The notes: generated by a model from the sequence alone, not told the origin. Numbered from the stretch's first letter, positions 37,275 through 47,808 are shown. The stretch is DNA of 64,000 nucleotides from Gammaproteobacteria bacterium (GCA_030595325.1 JAUVDN010000001.1:2493-66492); one strand, 5' to 3'. Numbers and translations: made by a program.

Positions 37275-39365
37275 GTGGAAGATAAAATAATCAACTTGAT
37301 TGTCATTGATGATTCATTCGACAGTGAAGAAAAAATCAGCAGTTCATTAAGAGCAGCGGGATACACCGCCAGATCTTCACGCGTGGAAGATGATGAAGAC
37401 CTGCTTGATGCATTATCTAAACAAGTTCCTGACCTGATCATCTATTTCGAAGGCATGGAATTAATATCGCTCAAACAAACCATCGAATGCTTGAACAAAG
37501 ACAAAAAAACAACAAACTGTCGCGTTATTTCTGTTAATAAAACCGAACAGCCCAATGTGGTAAACGCCATGCGCGCCGGTGCTGCAGATGCAACCAGTTA
37601 CGCTGACATCGAGCATCTGATATTAATCATCATCCGCGAACACCATTCGCAGCACAGTGCAAAACAGATTTCTAAACTCACCAAGTCATTTAAAGAATCT
37701 GAGAGACGATGCACCTCTTTACTTGACAGTTCACGTGATGCGATTGCATATATACATGAAGGCATGCATGTATATTCAAATCAATCATACCTTGAAATGT
37801 TTGATATCGAGGAATCAGATGAACTCGAAGGCATGCCTATTCTTGATATGGTATCTGCGGACGGCAGAGATGACTTTAAAACTTTTTTACGTGACTACAC
37901 AAAAAATAATGATCAGGTAAAAAAGCTGGACACTCAGTTACACAAACCTGATGGCGAAGAATTTAAAGGTGAGATGGAATTCTCACCTGCTCAAATTGAC
38001 GGCGAAGGTTGCATACAAATTATCATTCGCAAAGAAGACGTTAATTCAGAAGAACTTGAGCGCCAACTAAAAGTACTAAGCCAGAAAGATCAGCTGACCG
38101 GTTTATTCAACCGTCAATACTGTATTGAAAAACTTGAGTCCACCATTGAAGACGCCGAGCAAGGCAAATACACAGCAGCGCTATTAGAGATACACATCGA
38201 TAATTTTGAAGGAATCAAAGATTCAGTCGGTGTCGTCAAATCAGATCAATACATCGTAGAAGCTGCAAAGGCATTACAGAGTGTTGCTGGTGATAACGAC
38301 ATTATTGCCAGATACACACACGATAGCTTTGTCGTCATCGCTATCGATTACACCAAAGACAATATAGAAAGTTACGCCTCAGACTTTCAGAGCGCAATAT
38401 CGGCACTTGAAACCACCATTGACGCTTCGCACATTAATACGACCTGCTGTATCGGTATCGCACTCATCGATAGTAACTCACCCGAGTTCAACGATATCCT
38501 CGCCCGTTCAGAAAAGGCCGCAGCTTCAGCAGAAAAGAATGGTGCCAACCAGGTCGTCACCTACACACCGGAGAAAGGCGAACTTACGCGACATGAAGTT
38601 GATTCTAAATTTAAAGAACAGCTTACTAACGCTCTTAAAAATGACGATTTCTTACTACACTACCAGCCTATCGTTAGCCTGCACGGTGATACCGATGAAC
38701 GCTATGAGGTATTCGTAAGACTGGAGTCATCAGATAGCTCCGAAGTTATCATGCCCCAGGATTTTCTGCCGGCAGCTGAACGTATAGGCATGTCCATCGC
38801 TATCGATCGCTGGGTGTTATACAGAACAATTCAGGAATATGGCAAGCGAGCCGCCGAGGGCAAGAAAACCCGCTTCTTTATAAAATTATCAGCCTCATCA
38901 TTAAAAGATGAAACCTTGATTGACTGGTTAAGCTATCAGATAAAAGAAAAGAATATCCCGGAAAACACGCTGAACTTCGAAGTAAAAGAGACCGTCGCTG
39001 TAACCAACTTAAAAAACACTAAGGTTCTGTCACACAAACTAAAAAGCATTAAGTGCGGCTTCGTACTGGATGACTTTGGAACAGGTACTAACCCATTCCA
39101 GTTGCTAGATCATATACATGTTGATTATGTCCGGATAGAAAACAGCTTCATGGAAAACCTTGCTGAGAACCCGCACAACCAGGAAACAATAAAAGATCTT
39201 GCTTCGAAAGCTGCCGAACTTGGCAAACTTACAATCGCACAACGTGTTCCTGATGCGACCAGTCTGTCTATATTATGGGGAATGGGGGTTAACTTTATTC
39301 AGGGCTACTTCTTGCAGGAACCATTACCGAAGATGGAATATGACTTTACGGAAATGTCGGGGTAG
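37275..39365 (+). CDS. FimX-like REC-PAS-GGDEF-EAL protein with degenerate catalytic motifs
   Basis: 696 aa. The REC-like N-terminus has DLIIYF where the acceptor Asp is expected. The GGDEF position reads THDSF (about 38316-38330). The EAL position reads EVF (about 38706-38714). DDFGTG and QGYF are retained. GTG start. Confidence 0.8.
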   Translation: MEDKIINLIVIDDSFDSEEKISSSLRAAGYTARSSRVEDDEDLLDALSKQVPDLIIYFEGMELISLKQTIECLNKDKKTTNCRVISVNKTEQPNVVNAMRAGAADATSYADIEHLILIIIREHHSQHSAKQISKLTKSFKESERRCTSLLDSSRDAIAYIHEGMHVYSNQSYLEMFDIEESDELEGMPILDMVSADGRDDFKTFLRDYTKNNDQVKKLDTQLHKPDGEEFKGEMEFSPAQIDGEGCIQIIIRKEDVNSEELERQLKVLSQKDQLTGLFNRQYCIEKLESTIEDAEQGKYTAALLEIHIDNFEGIKDSVGVVKSDQYIVEAAKALQSVAGDNDIIARYTHDSFVVIAIDYTKDNIESYASDFQSAISALETTIDASHINTTCCIGIALIDSNSPEFNDILARSEKAAASAEKNGANQVVTYTPEKGELTRHEVDSKFKEQLTNALKNDDFLLHYQPIVSLHGDTDERYEVFVRLESSDSSEVIMPQDFLPAAERIGMSIAIDRWVLYRTIQEYGKRAAEGKKTRFFIKLSASSLKDETLIDWLSYQIKEKNIPENTLNFEVKETVAVTNLKNTKVLSHKLKSIKCGFVLDDFGTGTNPFQLLDHIHVDYVRIENSFMENLAENPHNQETIKDLASKAAELGKLTIAQRVPDATSLSILWGMGVNFIQGYFLQEPLPKMEYDFTEMSG

Positions 39366-39377
39366 ATTTTCTTTTCA

Positions 39378-39856
39378 CCTGTAGAAGCTGAATGCTTTAA
39401 TATTTTAGATTGGCATTCCGCAATTTATTTATTTTTTCCTTTTCTTGTTATTTAATTCATATCTGACTTCCGCTTATTTCTAATAGATTGCGGTATTCGC
39501 ACCGCGGGCGAGTCACTCTTTTGCTACAGCCCAAAAGAGTAACCAGAAAAGGCCGTCGCGACGCTGGCGCCCCTGTAAAAAACACAGGGGTTCCCACTGA
39601 ATTGTTGCTGGTGCCATGCTGTGAAAAAACTCGCAGAAGACGCTCAAACAGTTTTCACAGAAAGCCCATGACACCAACAACACCCCAGTGGCTTGGCTAA
39701 TGCGAAGGGAAGTCAAAAGAATAAAACAGTGCGCTTATTTTACTTTTGTTTATTTTTAAGTTCCCTTCTCGTTTGCTGAATGAAGTGGTGTTGGTAGAGG
39801 AAATATTAATATTGAAAGAAAAGTAACGCGCCAGTGGGGCGCGACCCACAATCTAT
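39378..39856 (+). repeat. Mosaic hairpin-rich intergenic repeat, copy A (short form; core 39483-39856)
   Basis: Shares long stretches with 44335-44938 and 53203-53863, which lie in the opposite orientation. Imperfect terminal inverted repeats: ATAGATTGCGGTATTCGCACCGCGGGCG ... CGCGCCAGTGGGGCGCGACCCACAATCTAT. Confidence 0.85.
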
Positions 39857-39913
39857 AAAAATCACACCAAGGTCAAATAAAAGAGGAAGGTGAATATATA
39901 TAAAATTAAAAAC

Positions 39914-42163
39914 CTACTCAACAACCAACCGATCAACCACCCGATACCCTTTCGAAAGTTTCAGCCCGCGACGACCACGTTCACCAGCGTAATCATCAAG
40001 CTCACTAGTCTTCATGGTTTTATATTTTTTACCCGAATGCACAACAAGTTTGCCACCATCCGGTACAACTGCAATAGCAGCAACTATTTCATCGCCCGCT
40101 TTCAAAAGCTTTGAAGGAATATTGATAATTTTATTACCCTTACCCTTTGCCATCTGCGGAAGCTGCTCAACCGGTGTCACTAGCATATGCCCTTCTGTAC
40201 TTACGGCAGCAATCTGGTCAGACTTAACTTCTGTAATTCTGACTGGTGGCAGTGCCAGCGCTTGCTTGCCAACATTTAATACTGCTTTACCTTTTTTCGC
40301 ATTAGCCTGCATATCGCCCAAACGCACGACGAAACCATAACCGAAGTTGCTGGACATCAGATATAGCTCATCCGGGTTGCCTATCAGCACACCGACAAAA
40401 TGCGACCCTGGTGTCGGTGTAAAATAACCGCTTAACGGATCACCCTGTCCTCTGGCAGACGGTAGTTTATGAGCAGGCAAGGTATAGGCACGACCACTCG
40501 AGTCTAAAAATATGGCGACTTGATTGGATTTACCCTGCGCAGAAGCCTGAAAACCATCACCCGCTTTATAGTTTAGTTTTTCAGCATCGATATCATGGCC
40601 TTTGGCTGAGCGCACCCAGCCTTTACTCGACAACACGACGGTTATTGCTTCACTGGAGATTAATGCAGTGGCATCGAGCGCCTGTGCCGCACTGCGCTCG
40701 ACGATAGGTGAACGTCTGTCGTCGCCATATTTTTCTGCATCAGCGATAATCTCTTTTCGAATAAGCGTTTTTAAACGTTTGGCAGAACCCAGTATTTTTT
40801 CCAGATAATCTTTTTCTTCAGCAAGCTCTTCTTGCTCACCGCGAATTTTCATTTCCTCAAGCTTTGCCAGATTACGCAATTTTAGATCAAGGATGGCTTC
40901 AGCCTGAATATCAGAAATATTAAATCGCTTCATCAATACCGGTTTAGGTTTATCGGTTTCACGAATGATGGCGATCACTTCATCGATATTCAAAAACGCG
41001 ATGAGCAACGCGTCTAGAATATGCAGGCGCTTGTTAACTTTTTCCAGACGCCACTGCAACTTGCGTCGCACGGTAACGGTTCTGAATTTTAGCCACTCTT
41101 CCAGTAGTAAACGAAGATTTTTCACCTGTGGCTTACCATTGATACCGATCATATTCATGTTGACCCGGTAACTACGCTCCAGATCAGTAGTGGCAAATAA
41201 ATGCGCCATTAGCTCTTCAATATTTACCCGGTTAGAGCGCGGCATGATAACCAGACGCGTTGGATTCTCATGATCAGACTCATCACGTAAATCTTCCACC
41301 ATTGGTAGCTTCTTGGCGTTCATCTGAGCGGCTATCTGTTCCAGAATTTTATTACCCGAAACCTGATATGGCAGCGCTGTAATAATCACTGCGCCATCTT
41401 CCATTTCATAGACCGCACGCTGTCGAATGCCACCTCGTCCCGTCTGATAAATTTCCAGGATATCTTTCTGTGGCGTAATAATTTCAGCCTCGGTCGGAAA
41501 GTCAGGACCTTTTATATGCTCACAAAGATCCTCAAGCGTAGACTTAGGGCTTTCCAGTAAACGCACACAGGCGCTGGCCACTTCTTTCAAATTATGCGGG
41601 GGAATATCAGTTGCCATGCCTACGGCAATTCCGGTACCACCATTCAGTAATACATTAGGCAGTCTGGCCGGTAAAGATTCTGGCTCATCCATGGTACCGT
41701 CAAAATTTGGTTTCCAGTCGACCGTACCCTGACCTAACTCTGTCAGTAAAATTTCTGAGTAAGCTGCCAGACGTGATTCGGTGTAACGCATTGCAGCAAA
41801 CGATTTGGGATCATCAGGTGCCCCCCAGTTGCCTTGACCATCGACTAGCGGGTAACGATAAGAAAATGGCTGCGCCATCAATACCATCGCTTCATAGCAG
41901 GCACTGTCGCCATGCGGATGATATTTACCCAGCACATCACCGACGGTACGTGCTGATTTTTTATGTTTTGAGGTAGCACTCAAGCCGAGTTCAGACATGG
42001 CGTAAACAATACGGCGTTGAACCGGTTTTAGACCATCACCGATGTACGGTAAAGCACGGTCCATGATGACGTACATGGAGTAATCCAGATACGCTCGTTC
42101 GGTGAATTCAGAGAGTGGAAGTTTTTCTATACCTTCAAATTCTAGTTCTGATTGTGATGTCAT
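39914..42163 (-). CDS. parC: DNA topoisomerase IV subunit A
   Basis: 749 aa GyrA/ParC paralog with the AAMRYTE active-site Tyr motif. Lies downstream of parE and lacks a GyrA-box-type long C-terminus. Confidence 0.95.
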   Translation of the reverse strand: MTSQSELEFEGIEKLPLSEFTERAYLDYSMYVIMDRALPYIGDGLKPVQRRIVYAMSELGLSATSKHKKSARTVGDVLGKYHPHGDSACYEAMVLMAQPFSYRYPLVDGQGNWGAPDDPKSFAAMRYTESRLAAYSEILLTELGQGTVDWKPNFDGTMDEPESLPARLPNVLLNGGTGIAVGMATDIPPHNLKEVASACVRLLESPKSTLEDLCEHIKGPDFPTEAEIITPQKDILEIYQTGRGGIRQRAVYEMEDGAVIITALPYQVSGNKILEQIAAQMNAKKLPMVEDLRDESDHENPTRLVIMPRSNRVNIEELMAHLFATTDLERSYRVNMNMIGINGKPQVKNLRLLLEEWLKFRTVTVRRKLQWRLEKVNKRLHILDALLIAFLNIDEVIAIIRETDKPKPVLMKRFNISDIQAEAILDLKLRNLAKLEEMKIRGEQEELAEEKDYLEKILGSAKRLKTLIRKEIIADAEKYGDDRRSPIVERSAAQALDATALISSEAITVVLSSKGWVRSAKGHDIDAEKLNYKAGDGFQASAQGKSNQVAIFLDSSGRAYTLPAHKLPSARGQGDPLSGYFTPTPGSHFVGVLIGNPDELYLMSSNFGYGFVVRLGDMQANAKKGKAVLNVGKQALALPPVRITEVKSDQIAAVSTEGHMLVTPVEQLPQMAKGKGNKIINIPSKLLKAGDEIVAAIAVVPDGGKLVVHSGKKYKTMKTSELDDYAGERGRRGLKLSKGYRVVDRLVVE

Positions 42164-42180
42164 AATTTCGCTATCGCTTA

Positions 42181-42296
42181 AATGAATAATGAATAGTGAA
42201 TAATGAACAATGAGAAATGAATATTAAATTTAAGTTGCATATGTATATCATGCGTTTGATTTTTATTATTCACTTTTCATTATTCATTATTCATTG
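42181..42296. repeat. AT-rich imperfect inverted repeat built from AATGAATA units in the parE-parC spacer
   Basis: The left arm AATGAATAATGAATAGTGAATAATGAA (42181-42207) pairs with the reverse complement of TTATTATTCACTTTTCATTATTCATTATTCATT (42264-42296). The arms are about 56 nt apart. Confidence 0.7.
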
Positions 42297-42312
42297 CTGA
42301 GATATAACTTTG

Positions 42313-44196
42313 TTATACCTCAGCGAGTGCGCCTTTCTTCTCTAACCACGCCTTCCGGTCAGGCGCGCGCTTCTTCGCTAACAGCATATCCAGCATACTG
42401 TGGCTCTTGCTGCCTTCACCTAAAGTTAATTGCACCAGACGTCGAGTATCAGGTGCCAGCGTTGTGACACGCAACTGCATCGGATTCATTTCGCCCAGAC
42501 CTTTAAATCGAGTCACCGTCACTTTGCCACGTTTTTTCTCTGCTTCGATACGATCAAGTACGCCCTGCTTTTCAGCTTCATCCAGTGCGTAAAACACTTC
42601 TTTTGCCACATCGATACGGAATAAGGGTGGCATCGCTACGTAGATATGCCCTGCTTCAACAAGCACTCTAAAATGTCGAAGGAACAAAGCACACAACAAG
42701 GTAGCAATGTGGTATCCGTCTGAATCCGCATCCGCGAGAATACAGATTTTTCCGTAACGTAAATCTTTTAAATCAGAAGAGCCCGGGTCAACACCAACTG
42801 CAACGGATATATCATGAACTTCCTGTGATGCTAACACCTGATCAGCTTCAACTTCCCAGGTATTAAGAATCTTTCCACGCAACGGCATAATCGCCTGAAA
42901 CTGTCGGTCGCGCGCCTGTTTGGCACTGCCACCCGCAGAGTCTCCTTCCACCAAAAATAATTCTGTGCGTTCTAAATCCTGAGATGAACAGTCAGAAAGT
43001 TTGCCGGGTAACGCAGGCCCACTAGTCACTTTTTTACGGATAACTTTTTTACCAGCACGCAAACGCTTCTGTGCATTCTCTATCGCTAGCATGGCAATAG
43101 ACTCACCGGCTTCGGTATGCTGGTTCAACCACAGACTAAAAGCATCTTTAACCACACCGGAAACAAAAGCAGCGCATTCACGCGAGGATAACCGTTCTTT
43201 GGTCTGCCCAGAAAACTGCGGGTCCGCAAGTTTGACTGACAACACGTAACAAACTTTATCCCAAACATCTTCAGGACTAAGCTTCACGCCACGCGGCAAC
43301 AGACTGCGTATCTCGCAGAACTCACGCAAAGCTTCCGTTAGACCAGTACGCAAACCGTTTACATGGGTACCGCCTACCGATGTAGGAATCAAATTGACAT
43401 AAGACTCTGTTGTTAAGTCGCCGGCATCAATCTGCCAGGTCAACGCCCAGTCGACCGCTTCAGTCGAACTCGCCATGCTGCCGATAAACGGCTCCAGCGG
43501 CAGACATTCTTTTTCAAAGATGCTTTCACCTAGATAGTCAGCAAGCCCACCTTCATACAGCCAACTTTGCTTCTCACCTGTTTTTTCTTCGGTAAAACTT
43601 ACTTCCAGACCTGAACACAGTACAGCTTTTGCTCGCAGAACATGCTTAAGCTTGATGATTGAAAAAGCGATGCTGTCGAAATATTTCTTCTCTGGCCAGA
43701 AATGAATCTTAGTACCAGTATTACGTTTACCGACAGTACCAGTTTTTTTCAATTTACTGATTTTAGCACCGTGTTTGAATGCCATCTCATGTACAACACC
43801 ATCACGTCGGACTTCTACTATGACTTTTGACGACAGCGCATTAACCACAGAAACACCAACACCGTGCAAGCCACCGGAAAACTCATAATTTTTATTGGAA
43901 AATTTACCGCCCGCATGCAGACGCGTAAGAATAACTTCGACTCCGGGAATACCTTCTTCAGGATGGATATCAACCGGCATACCGCGGCCGTCATCCGTCA
44001 CACTGACCGAACCGTCTTTAAACAAAACGACATCGATTTTGCTGGCATGACCGGCAATGGCTTCATCAACACTATTATCGATAACTTCCTGCGCCAAATG
44101 ATTTGGGCGGTCAGTATCGGTATACATTCCCGGTCTTTTCTGAACCGGTTCAAGACCGGTTAATACCTCGATTGCCGAGGCATCGTATTTGCTCAT
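42313..44196 (-). CDS. parE: DNA topoisomerase IV subunit B
   Basis: 627 aa GHKL ATPase plus Toprim, with EGDSAGGSAKQ.RDR and PLRGKILN motifs. Its size is typical of ParE rather than GyrB. Confidence 0.95.
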   Translation of the reverse strand: MSKYDASAIEVLTGLEPVQKRPGMYTDTDRPNHLAQEVIDNSVDEAIAGHASKIDVVLFKDGSVSVTDDGRGMPVDIHPEEGIPGVEVILTRLHAGGKFSNKNYEFSGGLHGVGVSVVNALSSKVIVEVRRDGVVHEMAFKHGAKISKLKKTGTVGKRNTGTKIHFWPEKKYFDSIAFSIIKLKHVLRAKAVLCSGLEVSFTEEKTGEKQSWLYEGGLADYLGESIFEKECLPLEPFIGSMASSTEAVDWALTWQIDAGDLTTESYVNLIPTSVGGTHVNGLRTGLTEALREFCEIRSLLPRGVKLSPEDVWDKVCYVLSVKLADPQFSGQTKERLSSRECAAFVSGVVKDAFSLWLNQHTEAGESIAMLAIENAQKRLRAGKKVIRKKVTSGPALPGKLSDCSSQDLERTELFLVEGDSAGGSAKQARDRQFQAIMPLRGKILNTWEVEADQVLASQEVHDISVAVGVDPGSSDLKDLRYGKICILADADSDGYHIATLLCALFLRHFRVLVEAGHIYVAMPPLFRIDVAKEVFYALDEAEKQGVLDRIEAEKKRGKVTVTRFKGLGEMNPMQLRVTTLAPDTRRLVQLTLGEGSKSHSMLDMLLAKKRAPDRKAWLEKKGALAEV

Positions 44197-44334
44197 ATAA
44201 GTTGGCTCATGTGGATTACTTACCCTGATTTATTATAGTTATTTGGGTTTTTATTTTTTGATACTTTACCATCAGGTTATATTGCCAGCAATGATGATGA
44301 AGATTTTGTATAACATTTATCACGTACTTTTTAT

Positions 44335-44938
44335 TTTACCTTTACGGGTCGCGCCCCGCAGGCGCCATAATAATCATTCTTGGCTTTTCTTTCAGTAGCA
44401 AAAGAAAAGTAACCAAAAGAATGCCATCCCGCACGTTTGCCCCGAGAAAAACGCTCGGGGTGCCTGAATGAAGTAGTGTTGCCAACAAGTCGCTCTGGTG
44501 CGCCATCCGGGCGCACCAGAGCTAACAGGCCGAACATGATTAATATTTCCTCTACCAACACGACTCCATTCAGCAAACGAGAAGGGAATTCAATAGCAAA
44601 CAAAAGCAAAGCAAACGCACTGTTTTATTCTTTTGACTTCCTCTCGCATTAGCCAAGCCACTGAGGTGTTGCTGGCGTCATGAGTTTTCTGTGAAAACTG
44701 TTTGAGCGTCATCTGCGAGTTTTTTCACAGCATGATGCCAGCAACACCTCTGTGGGAACCTCTGTGCTTTTTACAGGGGCGCCAGCGTCGCGACGGCCTT
44801 TTCTGGTTACTCTTTTGGGCTGTAGCAAAAGAGTGACTCGCCCGCGGTGCGATGACCGCAATCTATTTGAGTTACACAAAGGTTAAATAAATAAAAACAA
44901 ACAAAAATCGCGGAATGATAAAAATCCGCTCCTACAGG
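44335..44938 (-). repeat. Mosaic hairpin-rich intergenic repeat, copy B (long form, left terminus degraded)
   Basis: Reverse-complement match to copy A, plus a 143-bp internal module (44396-44538) shared with copy C. The right terminus is CCGCAATCTATTTGAGTTACACA. A flanking CGCGGAATGA...GCTCCTACAGG module abuts the stop codon of the next gene. Confidence 0.85.
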
Positions 44939-44947
44939 TTGAAGAGT

Positions 44948-46864
44948 CTACTTATGCACGTCATCTTCACACAACAATAAAACCTTATCCTGCAACATCT
45001 TCGCTGAGACTTGCTGCGGCTCAACCAAATCACCAACTGCCAATCCAATACTCGATTTAAAGCCTTTAAACAAACGATAGAATATATTCGACTTCTGCCG
45101 GCTAAATGCACTACCCCACAAACCCTGCAATGCCATCGGTATAACGGGTACTGCTCTTCGCTGTAAAATCCTTTCCACGCCATCTCTGAATGTATTCATA
45201 TCTCCATCAGCTGTTATCTTTCCTTCTGGAAAAATACAAACCAAGTCACCATCGGCTAATGCTTCATCGATATCATCAAAGGCTTTATTTAACAAAGCCT
45301 CATTCTCATACTTACCCGCAATCGAAATAGCTTTAGCAGTTCTGAATACAAAGTTCAGAATCGGTAAATTATATATTTTATAATACATAACAAATCTGAC
45401 CGGGCGTCTCACGCAACCAGCGATAATCATCGCATCTACAAAACTCACATGATTACAAACCAATACCGCAGGACCTTCCTGTGGAATCTTATCCAGCCCT
45501 TTTGTCGAAACACGATAAATACTATGAATCAATATCCACACCATAAAGCGCATAAAGAATTCAGGCACTAATGAATAGATGTATATAGCGACCAATGCAT
45601 TTAAAATCGCAACTAGTAAAAATAATTGTGCAATCGAATAACCCAATGAAAGAACGACGATAGCAATAACTGCGGACAGCACCATCAATAATGAATTAAT
45701 AATATTATTGCCCGCTATCACTCTGGACATATGTTCAGGATCCGAGCGCTGCTGCACCAATGCCATTAATGGCACGATATATAAACCACCAAAAAATCCC
45801 AACATGATGATATCGATTATTAATCGCCAGTTCCCATTATCCAAAAAAGCCTGCAGACCTAATACACTCGCTGGCACAACATCTGGCTGCGAGAAATAGA
45901 GATCGATACCAAACAAGGTTAAACCGATGGAACCAAAAGGCACCAGGCCAATTTCAATTTTTTTACCCGACAACCAGTTACACAATAAAGAACCCGTGCC
46001 AATTCCTGCAGTAAACAGTGTTAGCAACAAAGTGACGACTTGTTCATTTCCACCTAATGCAGTTTTTGTATAATTTGGAAGCTGCACCAGATACGTTGCG
46101 CCTAGAAACCAGAACCAGGAAACACCCAGTATTGATAAGAAAACGATACGGTTACTTTTTAGAAATTTGAAGTTGCGATAGGTTTCACTAAAGACATTCC
46201 AGTTTATTTTCAGGTCTTTATTTAATGAAGGCGTAACGGGAATAGAGCGGCTGGAGATGTAGCCAGCGATAGCGAATACCACAATTGCAATCGCGACATA
46301 TAAACGACCTTGCTCTTGAGCTATCATCACACCACCTATGATGGTGCCGATGAGAATTGCGACAAATGTTCCCATCTGCACCCAAGCATTACCTTCGATT
46401 AGTTCATCGGTCTTAAGATGCTGCGGAATATAACTATATTTTGCCGGACCAAAAAAGGTTGACTGCGCCCCCATGAGAAATAACAATGCGATCAGCAGGA
46501 TGATATAGCCTTTAACAAAGGCAAAGGCTGCAATCGACATAATCACAACTTCTAGTAATTTTATTGCTCTGATTGATTTTGATTTTTCGTATTTATCTAT
46601 CCATTGACCGGCTGTTGCTGAAAATAAAAAGAAGGGCAAGATAAACAGGGCCGCTGAAATATTAATTAACAGATCAGGGGAGGTTTCTACGAATTGCACT
46701 CCCTGGAAGGCAATCATTATGATTAGTGCATTCTTAAAAACATTATCATTAAAAGCACCAAAAAACTGCGTAATAAAAAATGGTAAAAATCGTTTTTGGG
46801 TTAGCAACTCAAATTGACCAGACGACTTCTTCCTGTTCACATTGCCGCTCACATTATTACTCAT
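44948..46864 (-). CDS. Fusion of lysophospholipid transporter (LplT-like MFS) and PlsC-type acyltransferase domain
   Basis: The N-terminal 12-TM MFS region begins FLPFFITQFFGAFNDN, as LplT does. The C-terminal domain has the HX4D motif NHVSFVDA and FPEGK. Confidence 0.8.
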   Translation of the reverse strand: MSNNVSGNVNRKKSSGQFELLTQKRFLPFFITQFFGAFNDNVFKNALIIMIAFQGVQFVETSPDLLINISAALFILPFFLFSATAGQWIDKYEKSKSIRAIKLLEVVIMSIAAFAFVKGYIILLIALLFLMGAQSTFFGPAKYSYIPQHLKTDELIEGNAWVQMGTFVAILIGTIIGGVMIAQEQGRLYVAIAIVVFAIAGYISSRSIPVTPSLNKDLKINWNVFSETYRNFKFLKSNRIVFLSILGVSWFWFLGATYLVQLPNYTKTALGGNEQVVTLLLTLFTAGIGTGSLLCNWLSGKKIEIGLVPFGSIGLTLFGIDLYFSQPDVVPASVLGLQAFLDNGNWRLIIDIIMLGFFGGLYIVPLMALVQQRSDPEHMSRVIAGNNIINSLLMVLSAVIAIVVLSLGYSIAQLFLLVAILNALVAIYIYSLVPEFFMRFMVWILIHSIYRVSTKGLDKIPQEGPAVLVCNHVSFVDAMIIAGCVRRPVRFVMYYKIYNLPILNFVFRTAKAISIAGKYENEALLNKAFDDIDEALADGDLVCIFPEGKITADGDMNTFRDGVERILQRRAVPVIPMALQGLWGSAFSRQKSNIFYRLFKGFKSSIGLAVGDLVEPQQVSAKMLQDKVLLLCEDDVHK

Positions 46865-46882
46865 GAAATTCCTTTATCGGAT

Positions 46883-47683
46883 CTATAGAGACTGCAACCA
46901 CTGATTTATAGCCTTTGTTAGCTCTTCACCTTTATCTACGTAATAATGATCGGCACCTTTAACAACAACCTGACCGGATTTCTTATTAGCCGCTTGTTTA
47001 ATCAAACGAAGGCGTTCATCCGCCATTTTTAAAACTGCTGGATAATCATTTTCTGCATATACATCCAACACGGGAACTTTAATAGTATCCAATGGAAACG
47101 CTCGTTTCATTGGCTGCTTATAATCAGTAGCACCCATACCAATACCTACGTAGGCATCTACTGATTCAAAAGAATCTACATCCGCCCATGCCATTGCCAT
47201 ATGCGCACCACAGCTGTGCGTTATCAGTACAATCTTTCCTTGTTCATTACTTAGCTGCTGCCTCGCATAGGCTATAGCGGCTTCTATCCGTGGAATTGCC
47301 TCAGGAAATAATGCCAGATAATCATAATATTTAGCCTGCTTTTCTAACACTGGCATCTGTATTGAAAGTGTGTTCCAGCCTGATTCAGTTAAACCCACTC
47401 GTAACGGATTTATCGCATCCTGCCAGTCCGGATGAAAGCCACGTCCGTGCATGATTATCGCAGTGCCTCTAGGCTTTTCTGTATCGACTTCTATGTCTGC
47501 TTCGGTGTAAATCGATAAAAATTCGTGATCACCAGCTGTTAAAAAAACAGCATCGCCATCAACGATAGCATCAATGATTTCATCCGCCATGCGTTTTTCA
47601 CGCTCTACATCTGATGCCGATACATCTGCTAATAAAAACAATAAAACAACAGAAACCGCAACTTTAAAACCTGTACTCTTCAT
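46883..47683 (-). CDS. Secreted alpha/beta-hydrolase-fold protein (DUF3530-like)
   Basis: Signal peptide, a nucleophile-elbow-like ITHSCGAH, and a C-terminal GADHYY. Family name is from memory only. Confidence 0.6.
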   Translation of the reverse strand: MKSTGFKVAVSVVLLFLLADVSASDVEREKRMADEIIDAIVDGDAVFLTAGDHEFLSIYTEADIEVDTEKPRGTAIIMHGRGFHPDWQDAINPLRVGLTESGWNTLSIQMPVLEKQAKYYDYLALFPEAIPRIEAAIAYARQQLSNEQGKIVLITHSCGAHMAMAWADVDSFESVDAYVGIGMGATDYKQPMKRAFPLDTIKVPVLDVYAENDYPAVLKMADERLRLIKQAANKKSGQVVVKGADHYYVDKGEELTKAINQWLQSL

Positions 47684-47808
47684 TGATTAATCACTAATTT
47701 TTACAAAATAGAATAAGTTTAAATTTAACATTAATCTGCTAAATTTATAGTAATTTCTGGCGTTGAGACTATCATTGTTAATAGTGTCTTTTGCTGAATA
47801 GGTTAATT

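Noticed and set aside
39488-39700. 70-aa ORF (MRYSHRGRVTLLLQPKRVTRKGRRDAGAPVKNTG...) with a near-identical 70-aa ORF at 53634-53846. It could be taken for a conserved small basic protein.
   Set aside because: Both lie inside the mosaic repeat. The differences between copies are mostly non-synonymous. The equivalent frame is interrupted in copy B (44650-44860). No ribosome-binding site is evident. Conservation is explained by the DNA repeat itself.
44331-44609. 92-aa ORF, and the similar 91-aa ORF at 53371-53646, sharing FPSRLLN.VVLVEEILIMFGLLAL.
   Set aside because: The two translations diverge completely after the shared block because of indels between repeat copies. This shows there is no selection on the reading frame. 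They are treated as non-coding repeat sequence.
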